In this document: piece after piece, positions 20,837 through 31,666 of the stretch
How positions within the stretch are numbered: position 1 is the first letter of the stretch
Layout of the letters: each line of letters starts with the position of its first letter
Assembly: GCA_001856825.1 (NCBI GenBank)
Contig: ATMD01000001.1
Span: 114,581-178,580 of the forward strand
Reading direction: 5' to 3'
From: Thermoplasmatales archaeon I-plasma
GTDB lineage: Archaea > Thermoplasmatota > Thermoplasmata > Thermoplasmatales > GCA-001856825
DNA: 64,000 nucleotides
Translations under genes and position numbers: made by a program
Notes under the pieces: model-generated
What the model saw: only the letters and a program-made list of their open reading frames with translations
Database searches by the model: none
Told to the model about the DNA's origin: nothing

Positions 20837-20910
20837 GGCCGGGATGGGGTAGCGGTGCATCCTTGGGGACTGTGGATCCCCGGACCCGGGTTCAAATCCC
20901 GGTCCCGGCC
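20837..20910 (+). tRNA. tRNA-His (anticodon GUG) with genome-encoded G-1
   Basis: Acceptor stem GCCGGGA/TCCCGGC, with an extra 5' G (20837) pairing with discriminator C (20910), a His-specific feature. Anticodon arm GGGGA-CTGTGGA-TCCCC. T arm CCGGG-TTCAAAT-CCCGG. The D/variable region numbering is slightly atypical. Confidence 0.85.
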
Positions 20911-20971
20911 CTATTCTAACCGAAAAGGGGAGGAGGCAATGCATCGCCTTCAAGCGTGGAATCGGGATGAC

Positions 20972-23161
<2,190 letters not shown>

Positions 23162-23163
23162 TT

Positions 23164-23173
23164 AATAATTATT
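23164..23173. promoter_or_regulatory. 10-bp perfect palindrome in the katG promoter (TATA box and/or Fur-family operator candidate)
   Basis: AATAATTATT is self-complementary, resembles Fur-box half sites (ATAAT/ATTAT), and lies 33-42 nt upstream of the katG ATG (23131). It could equally be just the TATA box. Confidence 0.25.
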
Positions 23174-23292
23174 CCGATTTACTATTTGCTACAATATGCA
23201 TGTAGGTCTGGTCCCATCAACTAAATTTTCTGGGATAATAAGCTGAGAATATTAGTAAGGTTCAATAATTCCTGTTTGATAACAAGTAGTAT

Positions 23293-23694
23293 ATGAAAAT
23301 AGATTCAACTAAATTGCTAAGGCAGAAACACATCAAAGTGACTCCGCAGAGGGTATCTGTACTGAATATAATGACGTCTGGGGGTCATTTCACCGGAGAA
23401 CAGATTTACAATGTACTGAAAAGGAAGATGCCAAGCATTAGCCTATCGACTGTTTACAGCACATTGGAGGTCCTGGAAAAAAACGAATTAGTTACATCTT
23501 TTGAAGTCAACGGAATGAAGTGGTTTGAGTCAAAGACAGAAACACATGTGAACGTATTCTGTATAAACGAAAACAAGATCATGGACGTTGATCTTGATAC
23601 ATCCTGGTTTTTGAAGGAACTTAGAAAGAAAGGTATAAAGGCAAGCAAGGTAAGCATAGTGGCACACTCTATCTGCAATTCAAAGGATACCTGA
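23293..23694 (+). CDS. Fur-family (Fur/PerR-like) transcriptional regulator
   Basis: 133 aa with the Fur winged-helix pattern KVTPQRVSVLNIM...HFTGEQIYNVL...ISLSTVYSTLEVLEKNELV. It is divergent from katG. Confidence 0.8.
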   Translation: MKIDSTKLLRQKHIKVTPQRVSVLNIMTSGGHFTGEQIYNVLKRKMPSISLSTVYSTLEVLEKNELVTSFEVNGMKWFESKTETHVNVFCINENKIMDVDLDTSWFLKELRKKGIKASKVSIVAHSICNSKDT

Positions 23695-24055
23695 ATTATT
23701 TTTTTCCACAGCACTTGATAATATATTGTTTCTGAAATCATTTGCTAAATGAGTGTATTTATCCCTAAATGTTTCCAAGAATTGAAATCCTTACCGTATA
23801 TTGATTTGATAAGCCATTTGCAGGAAATGATATAATTGACGCAATTGGCCTAAGTCAAGTATCCATTTACCCACGATTTGCAGGTTTGGAAGAAATTGCT
23901 AGTGCACGCTATGGTTTCATTATTCAAACCTGTATTATTCTTCAATGAAGAGTGAGAGGTATGGTGGCAAGAAAACTGGGAGATTATGTTCCGGTTAATT
24001 CCCCACGGTATGTTTGTTATTACATCTATGCAATATAACATTATCAAGATCTTTT

Positions 24056-24811
24056 TTACTCGACACTCAATCTGCCTCTATTTAGATACCTTATGCTTTG
24101 GATAATATATATCGCTATGGTCGCAAGCGATATTGATAGGATTACAAAAAGAACTCTCCTGTGAGTGTAATCATATTCAGGAGTCAGTATATACACTCCA
24201 TAATATCCTGCAGCTTCAAGGAGTGCATATCTGATCCCAAATCCCGCGACAGTTGACAGGAAGTAAGGTATGAACTTCATTCTGAGCATGCCTGCCGCAA
24301 GGGCAACCGCTGAGTAGAAGTACGGTATAAAAGTCGAAATGAATATTGAGAAGGTACCGTGACTGATTATCCAGTCTTCTGCAATCTTGATATTTTCCTC
24401 TTTAACTCCAGCTAACCTGATTGACTTAAGCAACACTGGCCTCGCGGCATACCTCCCCGCGAAGTATTCAAAGGGCACAACAGCACCCGCTAATGCGGCT
24501 AGTAGTGCTATTCCAGGATTAAAAATACCGACAGAACTAAGGTAACCGATCAATGGTAGGGTAATGAAATCTGGAATAGGAAGTAGTCTAATTATGAATA
24601 TTCCAATATATCCGCCAAGAAGATGCGGGAAGGGTATAGATACGTCAACATGAGAGTAAGAGGAAATATTTACGAAATTAAGGTAGCCATTTAGAATGCC
24701 AGTAACCGAAACTGCAAGTATGCCCACTGCAGTTATAAGCGTATAGTGCCAGCTCTTGTGCATCCTCATTTCTATTGGGTTGGAATTAGCAATCTCATTG
24801 AGAACTACCAC
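24056..24811 (-). CDS. DedA/VTT-domain (SNARE-associated) membrane protein
   Basis: Polytopic protein with a DedA-like core: EDWIISHGTFSIFISTFIPYFYSAVALAAGMLRMKFIPYFLSTVAGFGIRYALLEAAGYYG. Confidence 0.55.
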   Translation of the reverse strand: MVVLNEIANSNPIEMRMHKSWHYTLITAVGILAVSVTGILNGYLNFVNISSYSHVDVSIPFPHLLGGYIGIFIIRLLPIPDFITLPLIGYLSSVGIFNPGIALLAALAGAVVPFEYFAGRYAARPVLLKSIRLAGVKEENIKIAEDWIISHGTFSIFISTFIPYFYSAVALAAGMLRMKFIPYFLSTVAGFGIRYALLEAAGYYGVYILTPEYDYTHRRVLFVILSISLATIAIYIIQSIRYLNRGRLSVE

Positions 24812-25026
24812 TTCTCATCCCTCAGGCTGCACTTCTTATAGTATTCTTGGCTCATTACATAACTCTTTGGAATGAAGGCGGTATTGAAAGGTTCGTAATG
24901 AATAATTGAAATATTTGCAGTAACAAAACTTAGCATCTCAAGGAATACATTCTCCAGTAATGAAGAGGTATTCCTGACTGTGCCCTTGAATATAGATGTA
25001 TTCCTATGCATGCTTCTCCTTTGCAA
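24805..25026 (-). CDS. Small hypothetical protein (possible MarR-operon member)
   Basis: 73-codon ORF (TTG start; ATG at 25011). It is wedged 2 nt after the marR stop and overlaps the DedA-like ORF start by 7 nt. No motif was recognised, so coding status is uncertain. Confidence 0.3.
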   Translation of the reverse strand: MQRRSMHRNTSIFKGTVRNTSSLLENVFLEMLSFVTANISIIHYEPFNTAFIPKSYVMSQEYYKKCSLRDEKW

Positions 25027-25028
25027 TG

Positions 25029-25487
25029 CTACGCATCCACTCTATTGAGTGCTTCTTCAAGCTTAATGAGATGTTTCCTTAATTCCCGCCTTTCTTCAAT
25101 GTTCATTTCCTGCAAGACCTTTTCCAGGAAGCTGGTGTACGCAGAAAACACATTCATGTATGTCTCCCTTCCGCTCTTTGTTAATTCAATCATTATTTTC
25201 CTCCTATCTCCAGCCTTGCCCTTCCTCCTGAGAAACCCACTCTTTACTAGCCTGTCAATTATTCCAGTAACGTTTCCAGGTGTAACAGAAAGGCAGTCGC
25301 TAATCTTATTCATTGGAACAGAACCGCCATCAGAAACGACTTTTAAGGCCAAGAACTGAGGTCTTGTCAATCCACGTTCTGATAAGAGGGAGGTTATCCT
25401 CCTGTCAAGGATTTTGTATGTGTTCCTAAGCGCCTCAACTGTCCCGTTTTCTGAGCTTTCATCGGGCAATTCTACATGTTTTCTCAT
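25029..25487 (-). CDS. MarR family transcriptional regulator
   Basis: LTRPQFLALKVV...ISDCLSVTPGNVTGIIDRLVKSGFLRRKGKAGDRRKIMIELTKSG is the canonical MarR winged helix. Confidence 0.9.
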   Translation of the reverse strand: MRKHVELPDESSENGTVEALRNTYKILDRRITSLLSERGLTRPQFLALKVVSDGGSVPMNKISDCLSVTPGNVTGIIDRLVKSGFLRRKGKAGDRRKIMIELTKSGRETYMNVFSAYTSFLEKVLQEMNIEERRELRKHLIKLEEALNRVDA

Positions 25488-25509
25488 CGTTTACTAGCAT
25501 GATTATTTA

Positions 25510-25526
25510 TGTATAAATAGTATACA
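25510..25526. promoter_or_regulatory. Inverted repeat TGTATA-N5-TATACA between divergent marR and radical SAM genes (candidate MarR operator)
   Basis: Perfect 6-bp arms with a 5-nt spacer inside the 45-nt intergenic region. It overlaps the predicted marR TATA box (TTTATA on the minus strand) and lies between the rSAM TATA (~25502-25509) and its ATG (25533). Confidence 0.4.
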
Positions 25527-25532
25527 CATATA

Positions 25533-27164
25533 ATGACCGAGATAGTTCTCACTGCCGATCGCGGTTCATTTACCGACTACGGTGGAGTCTCTACTCTTGG
25601 ATACGTGGCATGCATGCCCGATAGAATTGTACCAAAATTGATGATGGATGCTTTATTTACCCCCCGAATAAAATATAAATCCAATGGGGAGGCTATTGTT
25701 GCACCGTATGCATTGAGGAAGGTCGAAGCAATACTACTCAAAGCCGGTTTCAAGGATGTAGTGGTGGCACCTCCAGAGGCCCTTGGAAAGGTGGTTGACA
25801 AGGAAACCAGGCTCTTAGGAATAACTGTGCACGACCCTTACGGACTAAGCCCAGTCTCATTCAAACTGACTATGCTATTTGGGGGTGGACCAGCATGGAA
25901 CGCCACCTTCTTCAACGATCTATCACAGGAAATTTGGAGGCTAAGGAAAAAATATAATTTCAAGGTTTTTGCGGGAGGCCCGGCGACCTGGCAGCTTGCC
26001 CTAGAAAGACCGGATTGGTTGGATACTATTTATAACGGAGAGGCAGAGGTCGATCTACCGAAATATGTCAGCAGCGTATATCAAGGATCAGATGTTCCAA
26101 AGGACGTAAGGGGTAGGGACGCAAAGGTGGAGGAGATCCCAACAATAGTGAAACCAGCGAGACTGGGAGAGGTTCAGGTAACTAGGGGTTGTCCTAGAGG
26201 TTGCCAGTTTTGCTCTATAACACCTGAAACCTACAGAACGATACCACTGGAGGACGTACTGAAAGAAGTAAAGCTAAATATCGATGCAGGAGCGAGAAAC
26301 ATAGAGCTCTTGACTGACGATATCCTCCTCTACGGATCGAAGAGGCTTGCGATAAATAGGGAGGCTATAGTAACACTTTTCAGAAAGGTGAAAGAAGAGG
26401 GAGCGGAACAGATATTTTTCCCGCACATTTCTTCTCCTGCTGTGGTTGAAAGTCCTGAAACAGTAATGGAAATATCTGATATAGCAGAATACAAAAAGCA
26501 CAGGGCGGAAGCTCCCGTAGTTGGGCTTGAAAGTGGCAGCACAAGAATCATCTCCAAGTACATGAGAGGAAAGCCTTTCCCGTACAGACCGGAGGACTGG
26601 GGGAAGGTAATAATAGAATCAACGGGGATTCTCAACGATGCGTACATCACGCCTGCTTATACCATGACAGTTGGATTCCCTGATGAAACTGATGAAGACG
26701 TACAGCAGAGCATTGATTTAGTCCATAAACTATTTGACTCAGGAGGCAAGGCGTGGGTTTTCCCGCTGCCGGTCATTCCAATTACGTCTACAAAGATAAG
26801 TAGGAATCCTTTTCCAGAGCTTGAAAAACTTCCGGGTAAGTACTGGGAATTGTTGTACGTAAGCTGGAAGAAGGACCTCGAATTGACCAGGATAGTACTT
26901 CCGCAAATGACAGAGCGGATGAATAGCAAAATAACAAAGACCATAGTGAACACTGTTATGGATCACACTTTTTCCAACATTGAGGGTGTGTTTAAAGAAC
27001 TAATGGAAACAAGAGGTAGAAAGTCATATGAATACAGCACGGTCGAGCTTAACAGCGTGATTGGCATATTTAGGAGCATTTACCGGTTGATGTTAGTCTT
27101 CTCGAGAAGAGGTACGGACTACATTGGGAAATCAACCTCTTCAAGCTCAGGATCGTCAACTTAG
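25533..27164 (+). CDS. Radical SAM protein with N-terminal B12-binding-like (Rossmann) domain, COG1032-like
   Basis: CX3CX2C cluster motif VTRGCPRGCQFCSI at about aa 220. The preceding flavodoxin-like region reads LLGITVHDPYG, FKVFAGGPATW. There are only 4 Cys in the whole protein. The tail is poly-Ser (STSSSSGSST). Confidence 0.75.
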   Translation: MTEIVLTADRGSFTDYGGVSTLGYVACMPDRIVPKLMMDALFTPRIKYKSNGEAIVAPYALRKVEAILLKAGFKDVVVAPPEALGKVVDKETRLLGITVHDPYGLSPVSFKLTMLFGGGPAWNATFFNDLSQEIWRLRKKYNFKVFAGGPATWQLALERPDWLDTIYNGEAEVDLPKYVSSVYQGSDVPKDVRGRDAKVEEIPTIVKPARLGEVQVTRGCPRGCQFCSITPETYRTIPLEDVLKEVKLNIDAGARNIELLTDDILLYGSKRLAINREAIVTLFRKVKEEGAEQIFFPHISSPAVVESPETVMEISDIAEYKKHRAEAPVVGLESGSTRIISKYMRGKPFPYRPEDWGKVIIESTGILNDAYITPAYTMTVGFPDETDEDVQQSIDLVHKLFDSGGKAWVFPLPVIPITSTKISRNPFPELEKLPGKYWELLYVSWKKDLELTRIVLPQMTERMNSKITKTIVNTVMDHTFSNIEGVFKELMETRGRKSYEYSTVELNSVIGIFRSIYRLMLVFSRRGTDYIGKSTSSSSGSST

Positions 27165-27309
27165 CCACATATATTGCGACAGGAATTGCAGTCATTCTGT
27201 GTGTGATTCCAATATATTCCCTCATAGTTTTTGGCCCGATGTTAAGTCCAAGGTGCCACAACGATCATATTGCGTTAGTGTTTTGTAGTTCTATTTCCTT
27301 AAACGTGCA

Positions 27310-27834
27310 ATGAGAATCCCCAAAATGGAAGGGTTGCTGAATACAGATGAAATGCTCGACATGAAACCAGGAAGGGTATATGCGGCAGTGTCAATAGTAG
27401 TTTCAGAGAACAAGCTCATCATGGAAAAGAGAAGTTTTAGCGAAAATGATCCGTGGTCAGGTCAGTTTTCCCTTCCTGGGGGGCATCTGTCGGAACAAGA
27501 CAAATCATTGAAAGAGACTGCTATCAGGGAAACATTTGAGGAGACAGGTGTAGACCTAGGAAAAAATTCAAGATATATCGGATATTTCGGCCCGTTTACT
27601 CCAAGGAATAGGGAGAATCTTGAGGTATATGCATACATATTCGAGATTCCAAAAGTAGTGAAACTTGTTCCTTCCCCAGAGTCTGAATATCTAATATGGA
27701 TTGAACTTTCAAACCTGAAAGTAGAGAATGGAATCTACGGCAAAGAATTCAAGATAGCGGAGGGCACGATTTGGGGAATGACCGCAAGGGTGCTGGAAAA
27801 ATTCATCGAATTGTACCAGATGGGTACAAAATAG
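27310..27834 (+). CDS. NUDIX hydrolase (CoA-pyrophosphatase-like)
   Basis: Nudix box GGHLSEQDKSLKETAIRETFEETGV. Upstream, IMEKRSFSENDPWSGQFSLPGG resembles the NuCoA motif (LLTxR[SA]x3Rx3Gx3FPGG). Confidence 0.85.
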   Translation: MRIPKMEGLLNTDEMLDMKPGRVYAAVSIVVSENKLIMEKRSFSENDPWSGQFSLPGGHLSEQDKSLKETAIRETFEETGVDLGKNSRYIGYFGPFTPRNRENLEVYAYIFEIPKVVKLVPSPESEYLIWIELSNLKVENGIYGKEFKIAEGTIWGMTARVLEKFIELYQMGTK

Positions 27835-27862
27835 TTTTATAGAAAAGTATGTGGTACTAAAT

Positions 27863-29800
27863 ATGACAGACCAATCAAACCCGCTTCCATTCGATTCATT
27901 CATGAATCCCAGTCTGGGTAAATACACAAAGATCTACAGGGATTCTATTGAGAATCCTGAAAAGTTTTACGAGGATGCTGGCTGGGTACTTGACTGGTAT
28001 TCTAAATGGGAAACAATTATCGACCGCACCGGCGAACCTTACTACAGGTGGTACGTCAACGGAAAGCTAAATATCAGCTACAATGCGGTGGACAGGCATG
28101 CCAACGGACCGAGGAGGAACAAGGCAGCTTACATCTGGGTCGACGAGAAGGGGAACGAGAAAATAGTCACTTACAGGGGACTTTACAGGAGGGTCAACGC
28201 TCTAGCGAAAGCGTTGCTTGAAATGGGCGTAAAGAAGGGGGATAGAATAGCGATATACATGCCAATGATCATTGAGGAACCCGTAGCGATGCTTGCTTCT
28301 GCGAGGATCGGAGCAGTATTCACCGTAATATTCTCCGGGTTTGGTGCAGAGGCAATTGCAGATAGAATTAACGATTGCGGAGCAAAACTGGTAATAACTG
28401 CGGATGGGGGCTACAGGAGGGGGAAATTCATTCCACTCAAGGAAACGGTAGACAAGGCTTTAGAGCATACAAAGACTGTAGAATCAGTCATTGTGGTAAA
28501 GCACACTGGCCAGCCTGTCAGCATGACAGAAGGGCGGGACTACTGGTACAGCGACGTCATAAATGACAAGGAGGAAGTGGAACCAGAAAGGATGGATTCC
28601 AACGACCCTCTGTTCATACTCTACACATCAGGAACGACCGGCAAGCCCAAGGGCGTAGTACACGGAACAGGCGGTTATGGTGTCTGGGTTGCAAACACAA
28701 TGAAATGGGCGTTCGATCCACAGGAGACGGACAGATGGTGGTGTGCAGCAGATATAGGTTGGATTACGGGACACAGCTACATTGTATTCGCACCACTGAT
28801 TCTTGGACTGACATCGATCATCTATGAAGGGAGCCTGGACTATCCTGGACCGGACCAGGTCTGGAAAATAATATCGTACTACGAGGTGGACATTCTATAT
28901 ACCTCACCCACAGCAATCAGATCACTGATGAAGTACGGTGACGAATATCCCAAGAGTCACAATCTCTCTTCCCTCAGGGTTCTAGGTTCCGTCGGGGAGC
29001 CCATAAACCCGGTCGCATGGGAATGGTATTATGAAAAGATTGGAAACTCTCAGTGCCCTATCATAGACACATACTGGCAAACTGAAACAGGTGGTTTCGT
29101 GATCAGTCCGGTTACAGGGATAGGTACTACGCTCCTGAAACCAGGATCTGCGACACTTCCACTTCCAGGTATTGACCCGGTGATACTGAAGCAGGACGGC
29201 GGGGAGGCTGCTCCAGGCGAGAAGGGCCTCCTGTTCCTCAGAAAGCCGTGGCCTGGAATGATGATTGGACTTAACAACGATGATAAAAAGTACAGGACGC
29301 TATACTTTGGAAGAGGGAAGGATGGATATTACACCGGAGACTATGCAATTAAAGACAAGGACGGATATTACTGGCTACTTGGAAGGGCAGACGAGGTACT
29401 GAAGGTGTCAGGTCATAGGATAGGGACAGTGGAGGTGGAGGACGCATTACTATCAACCGGACTGGTAGCCGAAGCAGGCGTGTTCGGGAAACCCCACCAG
29501 ATAAAGGGGGAAAGCATAGTTTCATTTGTGGTACTCAAGAGTGACAGCAGGATGGAACCTTCAGTTGATGCTATCAAGGAAAAGGTAAGGCAGAAATTTG
29601 GACCTCTACTTGTACCCGACGAAGTCCACATTGTGGGCTCCCTACCAAAGACACGAAGCGGGAAGATCATGAGGAGAATAATCAAGGCCGTTTACCAGAA
29701 TGACATACCGGGAGACCTGACGACGCTAGAATCAGAGGCATCTGTAGATGAGATAAAGGAAGCCATCGACAAATTCAGAAATGAGATGGACGGAAATTGA
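27863..29800 (+). CDS. acs: Acetyl-CoA synthetase (AMP-forming)
   Basis: AMP-binding motif YTSGTTGKPKG, YWQTETGG, TGDYAIKDKDGYYWLLGRADEVLKVSGHRIG and C-terminal LPKTRSGKIMRR. The ATG at 27863 is preferred over the GTG at 27851. Confidence 0.95.
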   Translation: MTDQSNPLPFDSFMNPSLGKYTKIYRDSIENPEKFYEDAGWVLDWYSKWETIIDRTGEPYYRWYVNGKLNISYNAVDRHANGPRRNKAAYIWVDEKGNEKIVTYRGLYRRVNALAKALLEMGVKKGDRIAIYMPMIIEEPVAMLASARIGAVFTVIFSGFGAEAIADRINDCGAKLVITADGGYRRGKFIPLKETVDKALEHTKTVESVIVVKHTGQPVSMTEGRDYWYSDVINDKEEVEPERMDSNDPLFILYTSGTTGKPKGVVHGTGGYGVWVANTMKWAFDPQETDRWWCAADIGWITGHSYIVFAPLILGLTSIIYEGSLDYPGPDQVWKIISYYEVDILYTSPTAIRSLMKYGDEYPKSHNLSSLRVLGSVGEPINPVAWEWYYEKIGNSQCPIIDTYWQTETGGFVISPVTGIGTTLLKPGSATLPLPGIDPVILKQDGGEAAPGEKGLLFLRKPWPGMMIGLNNDDKKYRTLYFGRGKDGYYTGDYAIKDKDGYYWLLGRADEVLKVSGHRIGTVEVEDALLSTGLVAEAGVFGKPHQIKGESIVSFVVLKSDSRMEPSVDAIKEKVRQKFGPLLVPDEVHIVGSLPKTRSGKIMRRIIKAVYQNDIPGDLTTLESEASVDEIKEAIDKFRNEMDGN

Positions 29801-29929
29801 TCTGAAGAGCAAATGCGTATCCAGATAAGCGGTAATTAATCTACTTCTACGGTTACAATTCAATATTGAAGTGACGATAACACAGGCTTTTCACGGAAAA
29901 TTATTAAATTTCGCTCATATTACCAAACA

Positions 29930-30869
29930 GTGAAGGGTAAAAAAATTCTAGTAACAGGTGCAGCAGGTTTTATTGGTTCCAACCTTGTCGAGTCTTTGAT
30001 AAAGGATAATTTTGTGATAGGAGTCGATAACCTATCGTCAGGAAAGAAGGAGAATTTAAGAGATTTTCTTGAGTCAAAGAATTTTGCCTTCAAAAAGATT
30101 GACGTGAAGGATACAGACTTGCTGAAAAAGGAAATGGACGGGGTAGATTTGGTATTTCATTTGAGCGCCAATGCAGACGTAAGGAAGGGGTATGGCGATT
30201 CTGGCGTTGATTTCAGGGAGAATGTTCAGGCAACTCTTTCCGTGCTGGAGGCGATGCGTTCCAAGGACGTAAGAGAAATAATATTCTCCTCTACCAGTAC
30301 AGTATACGGCAATGCCGCAATCATTCCTACTCCTGAGTTCTACGGCCCTTTAATGCCGATATCACATTACGGCGCTTCAAAGCTCGGTGCGGAAGCATTC
30401 ATTTTCAGTTTCTCGAGCAACTATGGGTTCAAGCCATCCGTATTCAGGTTTGCAAATGTTGTAGGAAGGAGGGGGACACATGGCGCAATAGCAGATTTCA
30501 TTGCTAAGCTGAAGAAGGACAGGACAACTCTAGATGTCTTGGGGGACGGAACGCAGAAGAAATCATACATTTACGTAGATGATTGTGTCAACGGGATGAT
30601 ACTCCTACACGGGAAGGAGGATGGGCTGTTCAACCCTAGGTACTAGGGGAAGAACATCTGTGAGGGAGATTGCAGAGATGACTGTAGAGAGATTTTCTCC
30701 GGGTGCGAGGATAAATTACGTTGGTGGTCCAGGAGGAGCAGGATGGGTTGGCGATGTCAAATATGCCGGTCTTGACATCACTAAGGCGCAGAGGAACGGA
30801 TGGGAATACATGATTGACAGCAATGAAGCTGTAAGAAAGGCAATAGAAGATGCAGTGGCAAACACATGA
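29930..30869 (+). pseudogene. NAD-dependent epimerase/dehydratase (GalE-like) interrupted by a 1-nt frameshift
   Basis: The N-terminal part (29930-30646) has ILVTGAAGFIGSNLV and the YGASK catalytic motif. The C-terminal part continues in another frame (30621-30869: LGTRGRTSVREIAE...). Deleting one C from the CCC run at 30634-30636 gives the contiguous ...GLFNLGTRGRTSVREIAE... Confidence 0.85.
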
Positions 30870-31666
30870 AAATCCCCACGTTTGTTTCGTCTCTTGACAA
30901 CATAATGAAGGGAGGCATACCTGAGGGTAGTTCAGTACTGCTCATTGGGGAACCGGGAGCAGGCAACTTCGAATTTTCGATGACTTCAGCAGCCAACCTA
31001 GCAAGGGCACTTGATGGAAAAGTTCCCAGAGGGTTGGAGAACTTTGATGTTAGATTCCCGGCAGGTATACTTTACGTAACGTTTTCAAAACCAGGGGATG
31101 AGATAATGCGTATACTTTCACTTTCCCTTGAAGAGGGTCTTGCGTCCAGCCTCAGGAAACAGATATCCATTCTAGATTTCTCAAGGCTCTACTACTCCCA
31201 GACACAAGTGCCTTCCTCGTGGATCGGTGGCAGCACCATTAGGGACAGGGAAAACATCATTTCATCTTTCATCAAGGAAATAGAGAAGGGAGGAAAGGAC
31301 AAGCTCATAATAATAGATTCATTCACAGACCTGATAACGAGCAAGTTCCTTGATGAGAAGACTCTTTTTGACATATCCAGGGGGCTATCAAGAGCAAGCA
31401 AGATGTGGAATTCAGTTGTTTACGTACTGATGACATCTGGCATAGTGGATAAGAGGGCAGAGAACATACTTATGGAGATTTTTGACGGAACCCTGCTGTT
31501 TGAATGGAACACAACTGAGAAGTCGAGCAAGAGGAAGAGATACATGACAATACCGAGATTCACTGGAGTATTACCGGTTATAGAGAGGGAGAAGATAGAG
31601 CGATTTGACACTGAATTTGATTACAAGACCGGCATGATAGTACTGAACACCACGAAGGTGAAATGA
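30866..31666 (+). CDS. KaiC/RadA-like protein with degenerate Walker A (predicted inactive)
   Basis: GGIPEGSSVLLIGEPGAGNFEFS: the Lys-Thr of GxxGxGKT is replaced by Asn-Phe, and there is no Glu pair after strand 2 (YVTFSKPGDE). A Walker B-like KLIIIDSF is retained. Its ATGA overlaps the upstream stop. Confidence 0.75.
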   Translation: MKIPTFVSSLDNIMKGGIPEGSSVLLIGEPGAGNFEFSMTSAANLARALDGKVPRGLENFDVRFPAGILYVTFSKPGDEIMRILSLSLEEGLASSLRKQISILDFSRLYYSQTQVPSSWIGGSTIRDRENIISSFIKEIEKGGKDKLIIIDSFTDLITSKFLDEKTLFDISRGLSRASKMWNSVVYVLMTSGIVDKRAENILMEIFDGTLLFEWNTTEKSSKRKRYMTIPRFTGVLPVIEREKIERFDTEFDYKTGMIVLNTTKVK

